A stretch of 64,000 nucleotides of DNA from an uncultured Gemmatimonadales bacterium (GCA_963701965.1 OY969695.1:2944001-3008000), one strand, 5' to 3'; positions 45,748 to 56,659 are shown, counted from the stretch's first letter. Numbers and translations are program-made. The notes: a model not told the origin generated them from the sequence alone.

Positions 45748-46716
45748 GTGCACAGCGCTCACTCCATCTCCGTCCTCCAACGCGTCGCTCCGGCGATCGT
45801 CGCCATCGCGTCCTTCGCCGCCGCGGCCTGCGTGGGCTCGACCCCCCCGCTGCCGCCCCCCGCGGTCGCCGACACCGTCTGCGCGCGCGGCGCGCTGGCC
45901 GTCGGCGGCTCCAAGACCGGGAGCTTCAACATCCTGAATGGATGCCGGACCCTCGACATCGTCACGGGTGAGACGTCCTACGCCCATTCCTACAGTGTGT
46001 CGCTGACGCCAGGCCAAGGGTACCTGGCGACCATGTACACGACGGACGTCGGCTATTACTACATGAAGAGCGCCCTGGAGTTGATCGGCAAGCACGCGGC
46101 CGTCCAGGACACCAGCAAGGACTCCGTGCTGGCCTACGATTCGTACTATTGGCCGTACTGGACGACGTTGGCATTCGTCGCCGACTCGACGAAAGTCACC
46201 TCGATTCGTACGGCGACGGCGGACTCGCAGTCCGTGGACACCGGGTCGTACATCGTCAGTCTTACTTCGTGCAAAGCGCCCCTGGTGAATGTCGTAGACT
46301 CGGCGACCCATCCGGACACGCTCAAGGCCACCGACTGCTTGATGCCGGTGGGTAACTTCAACGTCCTCGACAGCTCACGCGTTCAGCTGTATTCCGTGCA
46401 CTTCGACGCCAACACAGCGCGGACGATCACGTGGAGCGCCAACCGGCCGATGGCCGTCGTCGTCGGACCGACGTACGACACGTACGCCGAGCTCGCGGGA
46501 TCGTTGGGGTCGACGAGCTACGGCATCTCCACCGGTTCGCTGGAGTTCGCCGCGCCCCGAACGGGGACGTACACGATCATTTTCGGGACGTACGGCTTCT
46601 CGACCGCGCCCGTACCCTATACGATCGGCATCGGCGGCGAGCACACGCCCACGGCGTCCGTGGCTACTCTGTTTTCCAGAAGTCGATCCCGCCCGCTTGT
46701 TGGCCCACGTCGATAG
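45748..46716 (+). CDS. putative lipoprotein
   Basis: Hydrophobic signal ending AAAC; Ser/Thr/Tyr-rich beta-type sequence. Confidence 0.7.
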   Translation: MHSAHSISVLQRVAPAIVAIASFAAAACVGSTPPLPPPAVADTVCARGALAVGGSKTGSFNILNGCRTLDIVTGETSYAHSYSVSLTPGQGYLATMYTTDVGYYYMKSALELIGKHAAVQDTSKDSVLAYDSYYWPYWTTLAFVADSTKVTSIRTATADSQSVDTGSYIVSLTSCKAPLVNVVDSATHPDTLKATDCLMPVGNFNVLDSSRVQLYSVHFDANTARTITWSANRPMAVVVGPTYDTYAELAGSLGSTSYGISTGSLEFAAPRTGTYTIIFGTYGFSTAPVPYTIGIGGEHTPTASVATLFSRSRSRPLVGPRR

Positions 46717-47737
46717 CGGCCACCTTCTGGAACGTCGACAGGTCGATCACGTCGACGGTGCCGGGTTCTGATCCGATCCCCTCGTCGGTGACGAACGCGT
46801 AGCGGTCGTCGCTGGACACCGCGACGCCGCTGGCCACTTTGCGGGTGGTGGCCACCCGGGCCACTTCGCGCCCCGAGGCCACGTCGACGATCGACACGGA
46901 TTGGGCGCGCTTGTTGGTGCCGATCAGCAGCTTGCCGTCGTGCGTGACGGCCAGATTGTACACGCCGTCGCCGAACGGCATCCGGCGCGTCATCGTCCAC
47001 GCGCCCACGTCGATCTCCACGACGTCGTTGCTCTTGTTGCAGGCGACCCAGACTTTCGTGCCGTCGGGTGATGGCTGGGCCCAGGTCGGCGAGCACGTCG
47101 CCGCCAGGTGATGCGCTGGCGCCGACACGCCGTGCTCGGCGCCCTTGGCGACGCTGAACCAACGGGCCACGCGCAGCGCCCGGGCGTCGATCTCGACCAG
47201 CAGGTCATCCATCATGCACGCCGAATAGTGGCGCGTCCCCGCCGCGTTCAACCGCGACCCGTGGGGCATCGTGCACGTCGGGATCCGGGCGATCTCCGTC
47301 ATCCCGTCGGTGTACACGACCGACACCAATGAGGGGACCATGTCGCCATACAGGTTGAAGTTCACGACGTAGACATACGCGTTGTCCGGTGTCACCTGCA
47401 GCGTCGCCGGAAAGAGCCCCAGCGGCACGCGTCCCACCAGCGTGTCGCCCTGCGTCGTGTATTTCCAGAGCGCGCCCGTGGGCGTCCCGTGCGCCGTCGA
47501 CACGTAGTAGTACCGGCGGTCTGGCGAGACGCCGAGCCCGTGCGGGCCCACCATCTCGGTGGGGTTGAACCCCATCCGGATTTGGTGGTCCACCCGGGCG
47601 CCGCTGGGGCCGAACCGCACCAACGCCACATGGTCGTCGCCTTCGGAACCGACGAAGACCAGGTAGTCGACCTTGGGCGGCGCGCCGCGGCCCGCGGCGA
47701 GGCCCAGCGCCAGGCCTAGGGCCAGCGCCCGTATCAC
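46664..47737 (-). CDS. YncE/YVTN-like beta-propeller secreted protein
   Basis: GPHGLGVSPD, MPHGSR, repeated VYVVN/VWVAC/AFVTD blades; GTGA overlap with upstream gene. Confidence 0.82.
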   Translation of the reverse strand: MIRALALGLALGLAAGRGAPPKVDYLVFVGSEGDDHVALVRFGPSGARVDHQIRMGFNPTEMVGPHGLGVSPDRRYYYVSTAHGTPTGALWKYTTQGDTLVGRVPLGLFPATLQVTPDNAYVYVVNFNLYGDMVPSLVSVVYTDGMTEIARIPTCTMPHGSRLNAAGTRHYSACMMDDLLVEIDARALRVARWFSVAKGAEHGVSAPAHHLAATCSPTWAQPSPDGTKVWVACNKSNDVVEIDVGAWTMTRRMPFGDGVYNLAVTHDGKLLIGTNKRAQSVSIVDVASGREVARVATTRKVASGVAVSSDDRYAFVTDEGIGSEPGTVDVIDLSTFQKVAAIDVGQQAGGIDFWKTE

Positions 47738-49743
47738 GGGATCACGGGCGGTTTCGGATCGACGCGTACGATCCACAGGCCGTTGTTGAAGTCGTTCACG
47801 TACGCCAACCCGTCTTTGGGATTCACGACCACCCCCCAGGTCGACGCCGAGTTCTGCACGAACCCGTCCATGTCCGCCGTATTGAGCGACGCGATCTCGC
47901 GGCCCTGCGCGCGGAGGTCGCCTTTGAGCTCGCCGGAGATGTCGAAGACGTGGAACCCCGCGTCGTAGGCGCCCATGTACAGCGTATCCGCCACCACCCA
48001 CACGTTGTGCACGCCGCCCGCCTCCGGCGTGTACCACGCCACGGAATGCGGATGCTCGATGTCGCTGACGTCGACCACCTGCAGCGTGCCGTACATCCGG
48101 TCCGCCGCCGCGTCCTTGGCGCCGCGCACCTCGCCGTTCCGGTACACTTCGTCGGCGATGAACACGTACTGGTTGTGCCGCCAGGCCGTGTGCGTGCCGC
48201 GGTTGAATCCCGGCGCCGATGCCGCTTCCACGTCGCGATACAGCGAGTCGAGATCGTACTTGAACTGCGAGACCATCACCGGGTGCGACGGGCTGCCCCC
48301 CTTGATGCCGTTCCCGATGTCGAGGATGACGAGTCCGTCGTTCCAATAGGCGGCGTACAACAGCCCATTCTGGACATCAATGTCGTGGACATAGCGGGCC
48401 ACATCGGGCCGCTTGGTCCGGAATTCCCCGACCTGCTTGGGATGATACGGATCGTTGAGATCGATGATGTCGATCGCACCCGTCCCGTCGTTCGTGATGT
48501 AATCGTGCGTCCCGTACTTCTCCTGCTTGTAGATGAAATTCGAGTGCACGCCCGCGGTCACGCCGTCGGTGAACTCGGCGATCTTCTTGGGGTGGAGGGG
48601 CTCTTCCACCGACGCGATGACGATGCCGTTCTTGCGATCGGACGCGCTTTCGCGCGTGAACGACAGATACTTGCCATCGGGGGTCGTCATCATGTCGTTC
48701 ACGAGCCGCGTGTTCGCCTGGATCGAATCCACGATGCGCGGGTGGGACGGATTGCTGATGTCGATCGCGTACAGGCGATCGCCGCCGCCGTGCGTCCCCA
48801 GGTAAGCGACCGTTCCGTTCGGGTGGATCCAGACCTCGGACGTGGGGAACGCTTGCCGACCCAGGCGCCCCACGACGGTGACGCCGCGCCGCACGTTGCG
48901 GGGCTCGGCGTGGACGATCGTGCTGGCCGTCGTGGCGCCCAGCGTTGCCGTGATCAAGTAGTCGCCGGGGTTGTAAGCGACGAAGCTGCCGTCTTGGTCG
49001 AGTTGGCCATTGCCCGGCGCGAATACCCACGTGGGCGTGAGCCCGGCGATCGTGCGGCCTGCCGCGCTCTTGGCGACCGCGGTAAACCGCACGACGTCGC
49101 CCTGGCGGACCGTGGAGTTGGCCGGTGTCACGGTCAATGAGACGATCTTCCCCGCGAGCACCCGGACCGGCAGCGTTGTCGTCGCGCCGCCCGCGGCGAG
49201 GGTGATCTCGGCGCGGCCGGGCGCCACCGCCGTCACGACCCCTTCGGCATCGATTTTCACGACGGTCGTCGCGCTACTCGACCACCGGAACGGCTCGCGG
49301 GCGCGGTCGTTCGCGGCGGAGAACGCGATCGCGTCGAGCCGCATCTGCTGGCCGGGGACCAGTGTCCCGATACGGGTGCGGATCTCGGCGCGGACCGCTT
49401 TTCCGGGGACGACCCGAATGTCGACGGGTTGGATGACCGGTTTCGAGCCCGGGACCAGCGCGGTGACCGTCAGGGGCAACTTGCCCACCGAGCTGGCGAC
49501 GACCATTCCCGTCGAGTCCACCGCGCCTTCGCCTTCTCCGCCCCGCATGGTGAACCGGATGACCGCACCCGGCACGGGTTTCCCTTGCGCGTCCAGGGCG
49601 CGGACCTGCAGCCGCGTCGAGTCTCCCGCGGTCACGGTGTGGACGGGAGGATCGATCACCACCCGCGAGATCGGGGGCGGCGCCGTAGAAGAGTCCTGCT
49701 GCTGCAACGCGAGCAGGAACAACGCGACGTGAGCGAGAGGCAT
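47734..49743 (-). CDS. secreted Ig-like (Big_2) repeat plus LVIVD repeat protein
   Basis: WSSSATTVVKIDAEGVVTAVAPG Ig-like; YAIDISNP, GLVILDIG, LQVVDVSD, FHVFDISG LVIVD repeats. Confidence 0.85.
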   Translation of the reverse strand: MPLAHVALFLLALQQQDSSTAPPPISRVVIDPPVHTVTAGDSTRLQVRALDAQGKPVPGAVIRFTMRGGEGEGAVDSTGMVVASSVGKLPLTVTALVPGSKPVIQPVDIRVVPGKAVRAEIRTRIGTLVPGQQMRLDAIAFSAANDRAREPFRWSSSATTVVKIDAEGVVTAVAPGRAEITLAAGGATTTLPVRVLAGKIVSLTVTPANSTVRQGDVVRFTAVAKSAAGRTIAGLTPTWVFAPGNGQLDQDGSFVAYNPGDYLITATLGATTASTIVHAEPRNVRRGVTVVGRLGRQAFPTSEVWIHPNGTVAYLGTHGGGDRLYAIDISNPSHPRIVDSIQANTRLVNDMMTTPDGKYLSFTRESASDRKNGIVIASVEEPLHPKKIAEFTDGVTAGVHSNFIYKQEKYGTHDYITNDGTGAIDIIDLNDPYHPKQVGEFRTKRPDVARYVHDIDVQNGLLYAAYWNDGLVILDIGNGIKGGSPSHPVMVSQFKYDLDSLYRDVEAASAPGFNRGTHTAWRHNQYVFIADEVYRNGEVRGAKDAAADRMYGTLQVVDVSDIEHPHSVAWYTPEAGGVHNVWVVADTLYMGAYDAGFHVFDISGELKGDLRAQGREIASLNTADMDGFVQNSASTWGVVVNPKDGLAYVNDFNNGLWIVRVDPKPPVIP

Positions 49744-49813
49744 GCTACTGACTACCACCCGGCGCCGGGGGGCGCAACGCTCGTTGCGTCAGATGTGTGT
49801 TAGATGCGCGGCG

Positions 49814-50521
49814 CTAGTAGCCGGGTCTTACCAGTAGTGAGTCGCCGGCGCGGATGCGGTTCGACAAGAGCTGGTTCCAGCGCCGCAGCGAATCGACCGG
49901 GACGTGGCTGGCCGCCGCGATCGTCTCCAACGCTTCGCCGCGCTTGACGTGGTGATAGACCGGCGCCCGGGCCAGTTCGGCGGCTTCCTCCTGCACCTTG
50001 AGCGCGCGCGCGGCCGCCGCGCGCTGCGCCGTCTGCCACCCCGTGACGCCGGTCAACAGTCGCTCGGCGTCCTTCCGATCCCGCGCCGCGACGGTGAACC
50101 GATCGTGCGCCGCGCGGGCGCGGAGCGCGATCGTATAGATCCCCGTGACCGGCGAGCGGTTGTCCCGCAGCGACACGGAGTCGAGCCAGAAGCTCGCCAG
50201 CTCCGTCGCCGGCGTCGCCGCGTCGCCGCGGGGCGGCGGCAAGAGCGACGGCACGAGGCCGACGTAGATCACGCGTCGCTCCGTCGTGGCCAGGATGCCC
50301 GGCGTCTCGCGCGGCGTCCACCACACGTGCCGGGTCACCGGCACCGCGTAGACGAGGTGCTCGCCGGAGGTCCGCAGCTCGTCCCGCAGGTGCTGCATGA
50401 TGGCGGGCAGCGGTGGCTCGCCGGGGGCCTCCACCAGGTACATCCCGTACCCGACCACCTGGCGGGCGCCCAGGAGGGCCAGGACCCAGAACGCAACGCG
50501 CGTGAGACGCCGCGTGGACAC
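49814..50521 (-). CDS. LysM-domain membrane-anchored protein (start uncertain)
   Basis: C-terminal YHHVKRGEALETIA...VDSLRRWNQL...IRAGDSLLV. Confidence 0.8.
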   Translation of the reverse strand: MSTRRLTRVAFWVLALLGARQVVGYGMYLVEAPGEPPLPAIMQHLRDELRTSGEHLVYAVPVTRHVWWTPRETPGILATTERRVIYVGLVPSLLPPPRGDAATPATELASFWLDSVSLRDNRSPVTGIYTIALRARAAHDRFTVAARDRKDAERLLTGVTGWQTAQRAAAARALKVQEEAAELARAPVYHHVKRGEALETIAAASHVPVDSLRRWNQLLSNRIRAGDSLLVRPGY

Positions 50522-50592
50522 ACCACGCGCGCGCCGGCGAATCGTCTGAAGGGCATGACGGACGTCCACGTGCACGACAAAATTTACTCTCG

Positions 50593-52104
50593 ATGAATGT
50601 CGAACGCGCTGCCACGCGCGTGGTGCAGGCCGGCGCGCTCGCCGTCGTCCTCGCCGCGCTCCCCTACAAGACATTTGACCTCGACCGCTACTTCGTCCCG
50701 AAGGAGCTGGTGCTCGGTCTCACGGCGGGGATCGCGGCGCTCCTGGTGCTGCGCCGGTCGCTCACGCCGACCCGCGTCGACGCCCTGCTCGTGGCCTATC
50801 TGGCCCTCAGCACGGCGTCGGCCGCGACGGCGGTGAACGGTTGGCTCGCCTGGCGCGCGTTGGCCGTCAGTCTGGGAGGCGCGGCGATGTTCTGGATCGC
50901 CAGAGCCTTAGCCCGCGCGGGGAAGGGCCGCGCGCTCCTGGGAGGCGTGGCGTTCGCCGTCGTGATCGCGGCCGGGACGGCCCTCTTTCAGGCTTACGGC
51001 GGCCACGGGGACTTCTTGAGTCTCAATCGCGCCCCCGGCGGCACGCTCGGAAACCGGAACTTCATCGCCCACGTCGCGGCGATCGGCCTCCCGGTGCTCG
51101 TGCTCCTGGCCTTCGATGCCCGCCTCCTGGGGCGCGTCGCCGCCACGGTAGGTATCGGTGTGGTGGCCTGGGCCCTCGTCCTGTCCCGGTCGCGCGCGGC
51201 CTGGCTGGCCGTGGGGCTCGCTGCCGCCCTGGCGCTCGCCGTGGCGCTCCGCCACCGGCTCCCGGTCGGCCGGAGCCTCACCATCGCCGCCGCCGCCGGG
51301 ATCGGGGCGCTGGCGGCCGTGGCGCTGCCCAACTCCCTGCACTGGCGCAGCCGGTCGCCGTATCTCGATTCGGCGCTCGGCGTCGCCGACTACCGGGAGG
51401 GGAGCGGACACGGACGCCTGGTGCAGTACGGCGGCACCGTGCGCATGGCGCGGGCGCACCCGTTGCTCGGCGTGGGACCGGGCAACTGGCCGGTCGCGTA
51501 TCCCAAATACGCGGCGCCCAACGACCCTTCGCTCGACGACGAGAGCATGACGGCGAATCCGTGGCCGAGCAGCGACTGGGCCGCTTTCGTGTCGGAGCGC
51601 GGAGTGCTCGCCACCGCGTGCCTGGCCCTGGCGCTCTTGGCCCTGGCCGCCAGTCGCGGCGCGCCACTGGCGCTGACCGCGACCATCCTCACGGTCGCCG
51701 TGGTCGGCTGCTTTGACGCCGTGCTGCTGCTCCCCACGCCCACGTTACTGGTGTGGGCGACCCTCGGCGCCCTGGCCCCGGCGCCCTCGCGCAGCGTCCA
51801 AGTGCTTTTGCGCGCACCCCTGCGCACGCTCACCGTGGGCGTCATCGCCATCCTCGGCGTGGCCGCCGTCGGCCGCAGCGCCCAACAGGCCGTCGCCATG
51901 GCGCTGGCCAACGACACCACGTCGGAGCGCACCTTGGAGTTCGCCGCGCGCGTCGACCCCGGATCCTACCGCCTGCACATGCGGGCCGCCGAGGAAGACG
52001 AGCGGCGTGGTCGTTGCGCGGCGGCGACCGCCCAGGCGACCACGGCCCATCATCTCTTCCCGGCGGCTCCCGCGCCTCGTCATGTGCTGGCGCGGTGCCG
52101 GTGA
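50593..52104 (+). CDS. O-antigen ligase (Wzy_C) family membrane protein
   Basis: Many TMs; GTLGNRNF, LSRSRAAWLA, HPLLGVGPGNW. Confidence 0.85.
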   Translation: MNVERAATRVVQAGALAVVLAALPYKTFDLDRYFVPKELVLGLTAGIAALLVLRRSLTPTRVDALLVAYLALSTASAATAVNGWLAWRALAVSLGGAAMFWIARALARAGKGRALLGGVAFAVVIAAGTALFQAYGGHGDFLSLNRAPGGTLGNRNFIAHVAAIGLPVLVLLAFDARLLGRVAATVGIGVVAWALVLSRSRAAWLAVGLAAALALAVALRHRLPVGRSLTIAAAAGIGALAAVALPNSLHWRSRSPYLDSALGVADYREGSGHGRLVQYGGTVRMARAHPLLGVGPGNWPVAYPKYAAPNDPSLDDESMTANPWPSSDWAAFVSERGVLATACLALALLALAASRGAPLALTATILTVAVVGCFDAVLLLPTPTLLVWATLGALAPAPSRSVQVLLRAPLRTLTVGVIAILGVAAVGRSAQQAVAMALANDTTSERTLEFAARVDPGSYRLHMRAAEEDERRGRCAAATAQATTAHHLFPAAPAPRHVLARCR

Positions 52105-52105
52105 G

Positions 52106-54041
52106 CTACTGGACGCCGCCGAGCAAGTACTGCTGGACGAACGCGACCGTCGCGTACTGCTGGTAGTCCTGGTTTTTTTTCTTGGCGAACCCGTGTCCCT
52201 CGTCCGTCCCGACGAGGTACCAGACCGTGGTGCCGTGTTGCTTGACCGCGCCGACGACCTGGTCGGCCTCGGACTTCGGCACGCGCGGATCGTTGGCGCC
52301 GGCGACGACGAACAGCGGCTTGGTGATCTTGTCGGCGTTGTTGAGCGGGGCCGTGCGTTCCATCCACGCCCGCACCGAGGTGTCCCGTTCGTCGCCGTAC
52401 TCGACGCGCCGGAGATCGCGGCGATAGCTCTCGGTGTGCTCGAGGAACGTCGCCAGGTCGGACATGCCGACGACATCGAGCGCGCACGTGATGCGGTCGG
52501 CGTACAGCGTCGCCGTGACCAGCGTCATGTGCCCGCCGTAGCTCCCCCCCGTCACCATGACGCGGCTGGCATCGAGATCGGGCTGCGCGGCGATCCAGTC
52601 GAAGAGCGCGCCGATGTCGTGATACGCGTCCATGCGCTTCACGCCGTTGTCGGCGGCGACGAACGTCTTCCCGTATCCCGTCGACCCCCGGATGTTCGGG
52701 AAGATGATCGCCACGCCCTGTTGGTCGACGAAGTAGTTCATCCGTCCGAGAAACCCCGGCCGCCACTGTCCCTCGGGTCCCCCGTGAATGTCGATGATGA
52801 CCGGGCGCTTGCCGGTGTACTTGGCGGGCGGACGATACACGAACCCCGAGATGGTGAGACCGTCGGCGCCTTTCCAGTGGACGAGCCGCGGCTCGGCGAA
52901 CGTGCGCGGGTCCATCCCGCCGGTCTCGGACTCCGTCCACCGGTCCACCGACTGCGTGGCGACGTTGAGCGAGTAGACATCCTGCGGCGAGTGGGCCGAG
53001 CTGATCGTGAAGCCCAGATCGCGGTTGTTGCGGTGCCATTGGAGTCCGCCGATGATGCCCACCGGTAGCGTCGGCGTCGGTCGCGCCGTGCCGGTCACCG
53101 GATCGATCAGGTGCAACGCGCTGACGCCGTCTTCGTTGGTGACGTAGGCCATCGTCTTGCCATTCTTTCGACAAGGCGAACGACTCGACGTCCCATTTCG
53201 CTTCGCCCGGGACGACGACGCGATGGATTTTGGTGGCCAGGTCGATCGCGATGAGGCGGGCGAACTCCGAGCCCTCGTCGCTCGTCGCGTAGACGACTTT
53301 GCCGTCGCGGCTGAACGCGCCGCCGCCATACGACACGACGCCGGTCGTCGTGAGTCGCGTCTTCGCGCCCGACGCCACGTCGACGAGCCAAAGCGCGCTC
53401 TCGTTCACGGACACGTAGTTGGCGACCAGCAGTGTCTTGTCGTCGGGGGACCAGTCGATCGGCGCCCACCCGCCGCCCTGTACTTGAAGGAGGAGCCGGT
53501 CGCTCGCGGGCCGAGTTGGATCCATCAGATAGATGTCGGTGTCGGTGCCGTTGCGCCGCGTGGAGCGGTAGGCGATGCGGGTGCCATTGGTCGACCACGG
53601 GCCCAAGTCATTCTTGCTCTTCCCGTCCGTGAGCAATGTCGCGGTGCCCGTCTCTTGGTCGAAGCGATAGAGCTGGTTGAATTCGCTGCCGCCGACGTCG
53701 CGCTCGATCACGAGGTACGCTCCCGTCGTCGGCTGGTAGCGCGCGGACAGAATGCGATCGGGGAAGAACGTCAGCTGGTGCCGGTCGCCACCGGGGACGC
53801 GCACCGTGTGCGCTTGCACGACGTCGGCGAAGCGGGTCGAGATCAGCACTTCGCGGCGCGTCGGGTGCCAGTCCTGAAGGCCGGCGCTCCGGAACTCCGT
53901 GTAGCGGCTGACGGCTTCGGCGACGGCCGCTTGGATCGGCGGGACGCCGTCGACGACGAGGTGTTCGTTCGGGGCGACGAGCTGGGAGAGCGCGGGCGCC
54001 GATATCGCCAGACTGGCGATCGCCAGGCAACGGGAGAGCAC
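52106..54041 (-). CDS. S9 family (prolyl oligopeptidase-like) peptidase; frameshift at about 53166-53168
   Basis: Propeller N-terminus in one frame; IHGGPE, GGSYGG, GANDPRVP, DEGHGF in the other; removing one A from AAA joins them. Confidence 0.9.
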
Positions 54042-54102
54042 GCGGGGTCTCTGGGGGCGGGGAGCCCCAAGCTGTCGAGAGTCCCGCCGGGACGCAACGG
54101 TA

Positions 54103-54360
54103 CTACGTCACGTGCACGATGCCGTCGCGAATATCGATCGTGCGGGTTGGTACAACAGCGCCCGTAGGGTCCAGCAGTTCGAGGGCGAGGGCCCGCAGGG
54201 CGCGCTCGCGGCGTTCACCGCTCAGCTGAAACAGCGGCTCGACCAACTCATAACCGGGTCCCGGCCGGAATTCTCCCGACCGCGCGCTCGTCGTGGTCCC
54301 GGTGTGTTCCAGATCCGAGCGCCCGACGATGATGCCGCGCAGGCGCAGGGTATAGGTCAC
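54103..54360 (-). CDS. hypothetical protein
   Basis: GTG start overlapping upstream stop; MTYTLRLRGIIVGRSDLE...FRPGPGYELVEPLF. Confidence 0.6.
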   Translation of the reverse strand: MTYTLRLRGIIVGRSDLEHTGTTTSARSGEFRPGPGYELVEPLFQLSGERRERALRALALELLDPTGAVVPTRTIDIRDGIVHVT

Positions 54361-54989
54361 TGGGCCGGGAGCCGCACCTCGATCTCGCCGACGTAGGGCC
54401 GAAGCTCCCGGGCGAGATGGTTTGCCGACGACACCTTCTTGTCGCCCATGACCGACCGATAGGGCTTGGGCTCGTACAGGTGCAGAGCGTCGAGACGGAT
54501 CGAGAGCGTCGTGTCCCGGGCCAGCGTGCCGCCGCGCCAGTTGGTGACGCGGCCGCCGTAGTCCCACCCAAATCCGAAGAACTCGAACGGCTTCGCGTTG
54601 AGCGACTCCAACTCGGCAATGCTCGTCCCCAGCGTGAGCCCGGCCGCCGTGTGCCACACCGACGTCGATCCCTGAAAGAAGATCGAGCGCGGGTAGCGCA
54701 GGTTGACCGTGTCGGCCCAGACGATCTCCAAGCGTCGCAGTGAGTCGTCGGGGAACACAACGGCGGCGATGGCGCCGGTTTGGCCCTCGGGGCCAATGCG
54801 GCGCTTGAGGCGGACGTTGGACTCGCCGTACGCCCGCGCCACATCCGCGAGCGTGCAGCGGGGCATGATCGCGCCGACGCGGGCGCCGGGGACGATAAGC
54901 CAGTCGGGAATGTCGGCTGCCAGTGGGTGCGGCGTCGGCGCGGCTGCCAGCAGCAGCCCGGCCGTCAAGAACCGAAATGCGGCGCTCAT
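54357..54989 (-). CDS. secreted hypothetical protein
   Basis: Signal peptide; GLTLGTSIAELESLNAKPFEFFGFGWDYGG. Confidence 0.75.
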   Translation of the reverse strand: MSAAFRFLTAGLLLAAAPTPHPLAADIPDWLIVPGARVGAIMPRCTLADVARAYGESNVRLKRRIGPEGQTGAIAAVVFPDDSLRRLEIVWADTVNLRYPRSIFFQGSTSVWHTAAGLTLGTSIAELESLNAKPFEFFGFGWDYGGRVTNWRGGTLARDTTLSIRLDALHLYEPKPYRSVMGDKKVSSANHLARELRPYVGEIEVRLPAQ

Positions 54990-55063
54990 GTTCCACTGAC
55001 GACTGAGGCGCCCCTACAGGTCACGGCCGGAGGCCGGCCGTGCTCGCTGGTGCCGAATAGGGC

Positions 55064-55276
55064 ATGCGAATTGCGGCCGAGGCGGGCATGCGCGACGAGG
55101 AAGCATCGCGATCCCGGGAGCCTGCGGTTCCGTCGGTTGATCCAAAGGAGAAAGCGAAAGCTGATCAGAAAAAAGCCAAGGCGCGCGAGCTCGGCGGTGA
55201 CGCTGATCGCGGGTTGGATACTGGCGAGTACGAGCTGCTGGACGAGCGGACCGGCGAGGTCAAACGCCGGCGTTAG
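55064..55276 (+). CDS. small charged hypothetical protein
   Basis: 70-aa Lys/Glu-rich ORF filling the gap between minus-strand genes. Confidence 0.4.
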   Translation: MRIAAEAGMRDEEASRSREPAVPSVDPKEKAKADQKKAKARELGGDADRGLDTGEYELLDERTGEVKRRR

Positions 55277-55292
55277 TGTCGGCTAGGCCGGG

Positions 55293-56024
55293 CTAGACGC
55301 GGCGGGCGCAGTGGATCGCGACGCCGCCGAGCAGTTTGCGATGGACGCGTTCGACGACGAAGCCGGCGCTGGCGAGCGTCGCGGAGAACGTGTCGGCGGA
55401 TACGAAATGGTCGACCGAGCGCGCGATGTAACCGTACACGACCGGCTCCCGATGCCAGAGCCAACCGACCGTGTTTCCGGCGGCGCTCAGGTACGCCAGG
55501 AACGCGGTACGCCAGAGCACCGGATCGGGGCGGTAGAAGTCGAGCGTGTACAAGCGGCCGCCGCGGGCCATCACGCGGGCGATCTCGCGGAGCGCGCGCG
55601 CGAAATCCGGGACGTTACGGAGCGCATACCCGGCCGTGACCGTGTCGACTGATGCGTCCGCGACGTCGAGCGCGGTCATGTCGCCGACGCGAAACGTGGG
55701 CGCCTGATGCACGGACGACGACGCGCGTGCGCAGGCGGCGTCGATCATCCGCGCCGAGGCGTCGATGCCCGTGATCCGGCCGCGAGGGGCGCGCGCCGCG
55801 ATGGCGAACGCCAGGTCGCCGGTCCCGCAGGCGAGATCGAGGGCGACGCTATCGGCCTTGATGTGGGTGTCGAGCTCCGACAGGAGCTCGGTTTTCCAAC
55901 GCCTGTCCATGCCAAACGAGAACAGGCGCGTAAAGTCATCGTACCGTGGCGCGATGATGTCGAACATCGGCGTCACGAACTGCTGCTTGAGCGACGGGTC
56001 GCTCAAGTGTCGCTCCAGGGACAT
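55293..56024 (-). CDS. UbiE/MenG-family methyltransferase
   Basis: MFDIIAPRYD, SFGMDRRWK, LDLACGTGD, GYALRNV. Confidence 0.88.
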   Translation of the reverse strand: MSLERHLSDPSLKQQFVTPMFDIIAPRYDDFTRLFSFGMDRRWKTELLSELDTHIKADSVALDLACGTGDLAFAIAARAPRGRITGIDASARMIDAACARASSSVHQAPTFRVGDMTALDVADASVDTVTAGYALRNVPDFARALREIARVMARGGRLYTLDFYRPDPVLWRTAFLAYLSAAGNTVGWLWHREPVVYGYIARSVDHFVSADTFSATLASAGFVVERVHRKLLGGVAIHCARRV

Positions 56025-56071
56025 GCCCCGGAGCGTGGAGCGGGTTCTCTGTTCCAGACGCCCTGCCGCGC

Positions 56072-56323
56072 TCAGCCGATCAGCCGGCGCGGCTCCTTGG
56101 CTTTCTCGGCCTCGACGGGTGCCGGCGGTTCGCTCCGCCCTTCGCGGACGCTCTCTTGACGAGGCGCATCGTTGATGGCGTCGTGAACCCCCGACAGGCT
56201 GCCTTTGAACTCCCGAATGCCTTTACCGAGCGACCGTCCGAACTCCGGTAACCTCTTGGCCCCAAAGAGCAAGAGGATGATCAGGAGCAGGAGCAGAATT
56301 TTCTCGATCCCGATTTCACCCAT
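56072..56323 (-). CDS. tatA: twin-arginine translocase TatA/TatE subunit
   Basis: LLLFGAKRLPEFGRSLGKGIREFK. Confidence 0.95.
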   Translation of the reverse strand: MGEIGIEKILLLLLIILLLFGAKRLPEFGRSLGKGIREFKGSLSGVHDAINDAPRQESVREGRSEPPAPVEAEKAKEPRRLIG

Positions 56324-56356
56324 ATGGCTGTATCCCGAGGAGGAACTCAGCCAAAT

Positions 56357-56581
56357 CTACTTCGGAACGCCGGCCTCGCGAAACTGCGCCAGGGAGTGGC
56401 GGGCGACGGAGATCATGCCGCCGCACTCGGGGCATTCATGCACCTGGACGTTGCCGACCCGAAGCCGAGTCCGGTTGACGGTGACGGTTTGCTTCGTCGC
56501 ACGGGTGTGCACGAGGGCGTTGCAATGGGGGCAGACGGCGGCCGAATTGTCCGACGCCCAGCGAGTTTTCGTATATGACAT
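56357..56581 (-). CDS. small zinc-ribbon protein (YgiT/MqsA N-terminal-like)
   Basis: CPHC...VGNVQVHECPECG; GAGG RBS. Confidence 0.7.
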   Translation of the reverse strand: MSYTKTRWASDNSAAVCPHCNALVHTRATKQTVTVNRTRLRVGNVQVHECPECGGMISVARHSLAQFREAGVPK

Positions 56582-56659
56582 TAGGTAGTACCTCGGTGCT
56601 ATTGCGGGCTGGCCCATCCGACCCGCACAGTGCCATACGAGTACGGCGACTGAAAAGTT

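Noticed and set aside
53160..53175. Programmed ribosomal frameshifting in the S9 peptidase, DinB or porin genes
   Set aside because: No slippery heptamer or stimulatory structure is evident; sequencing indels are more parsimonious
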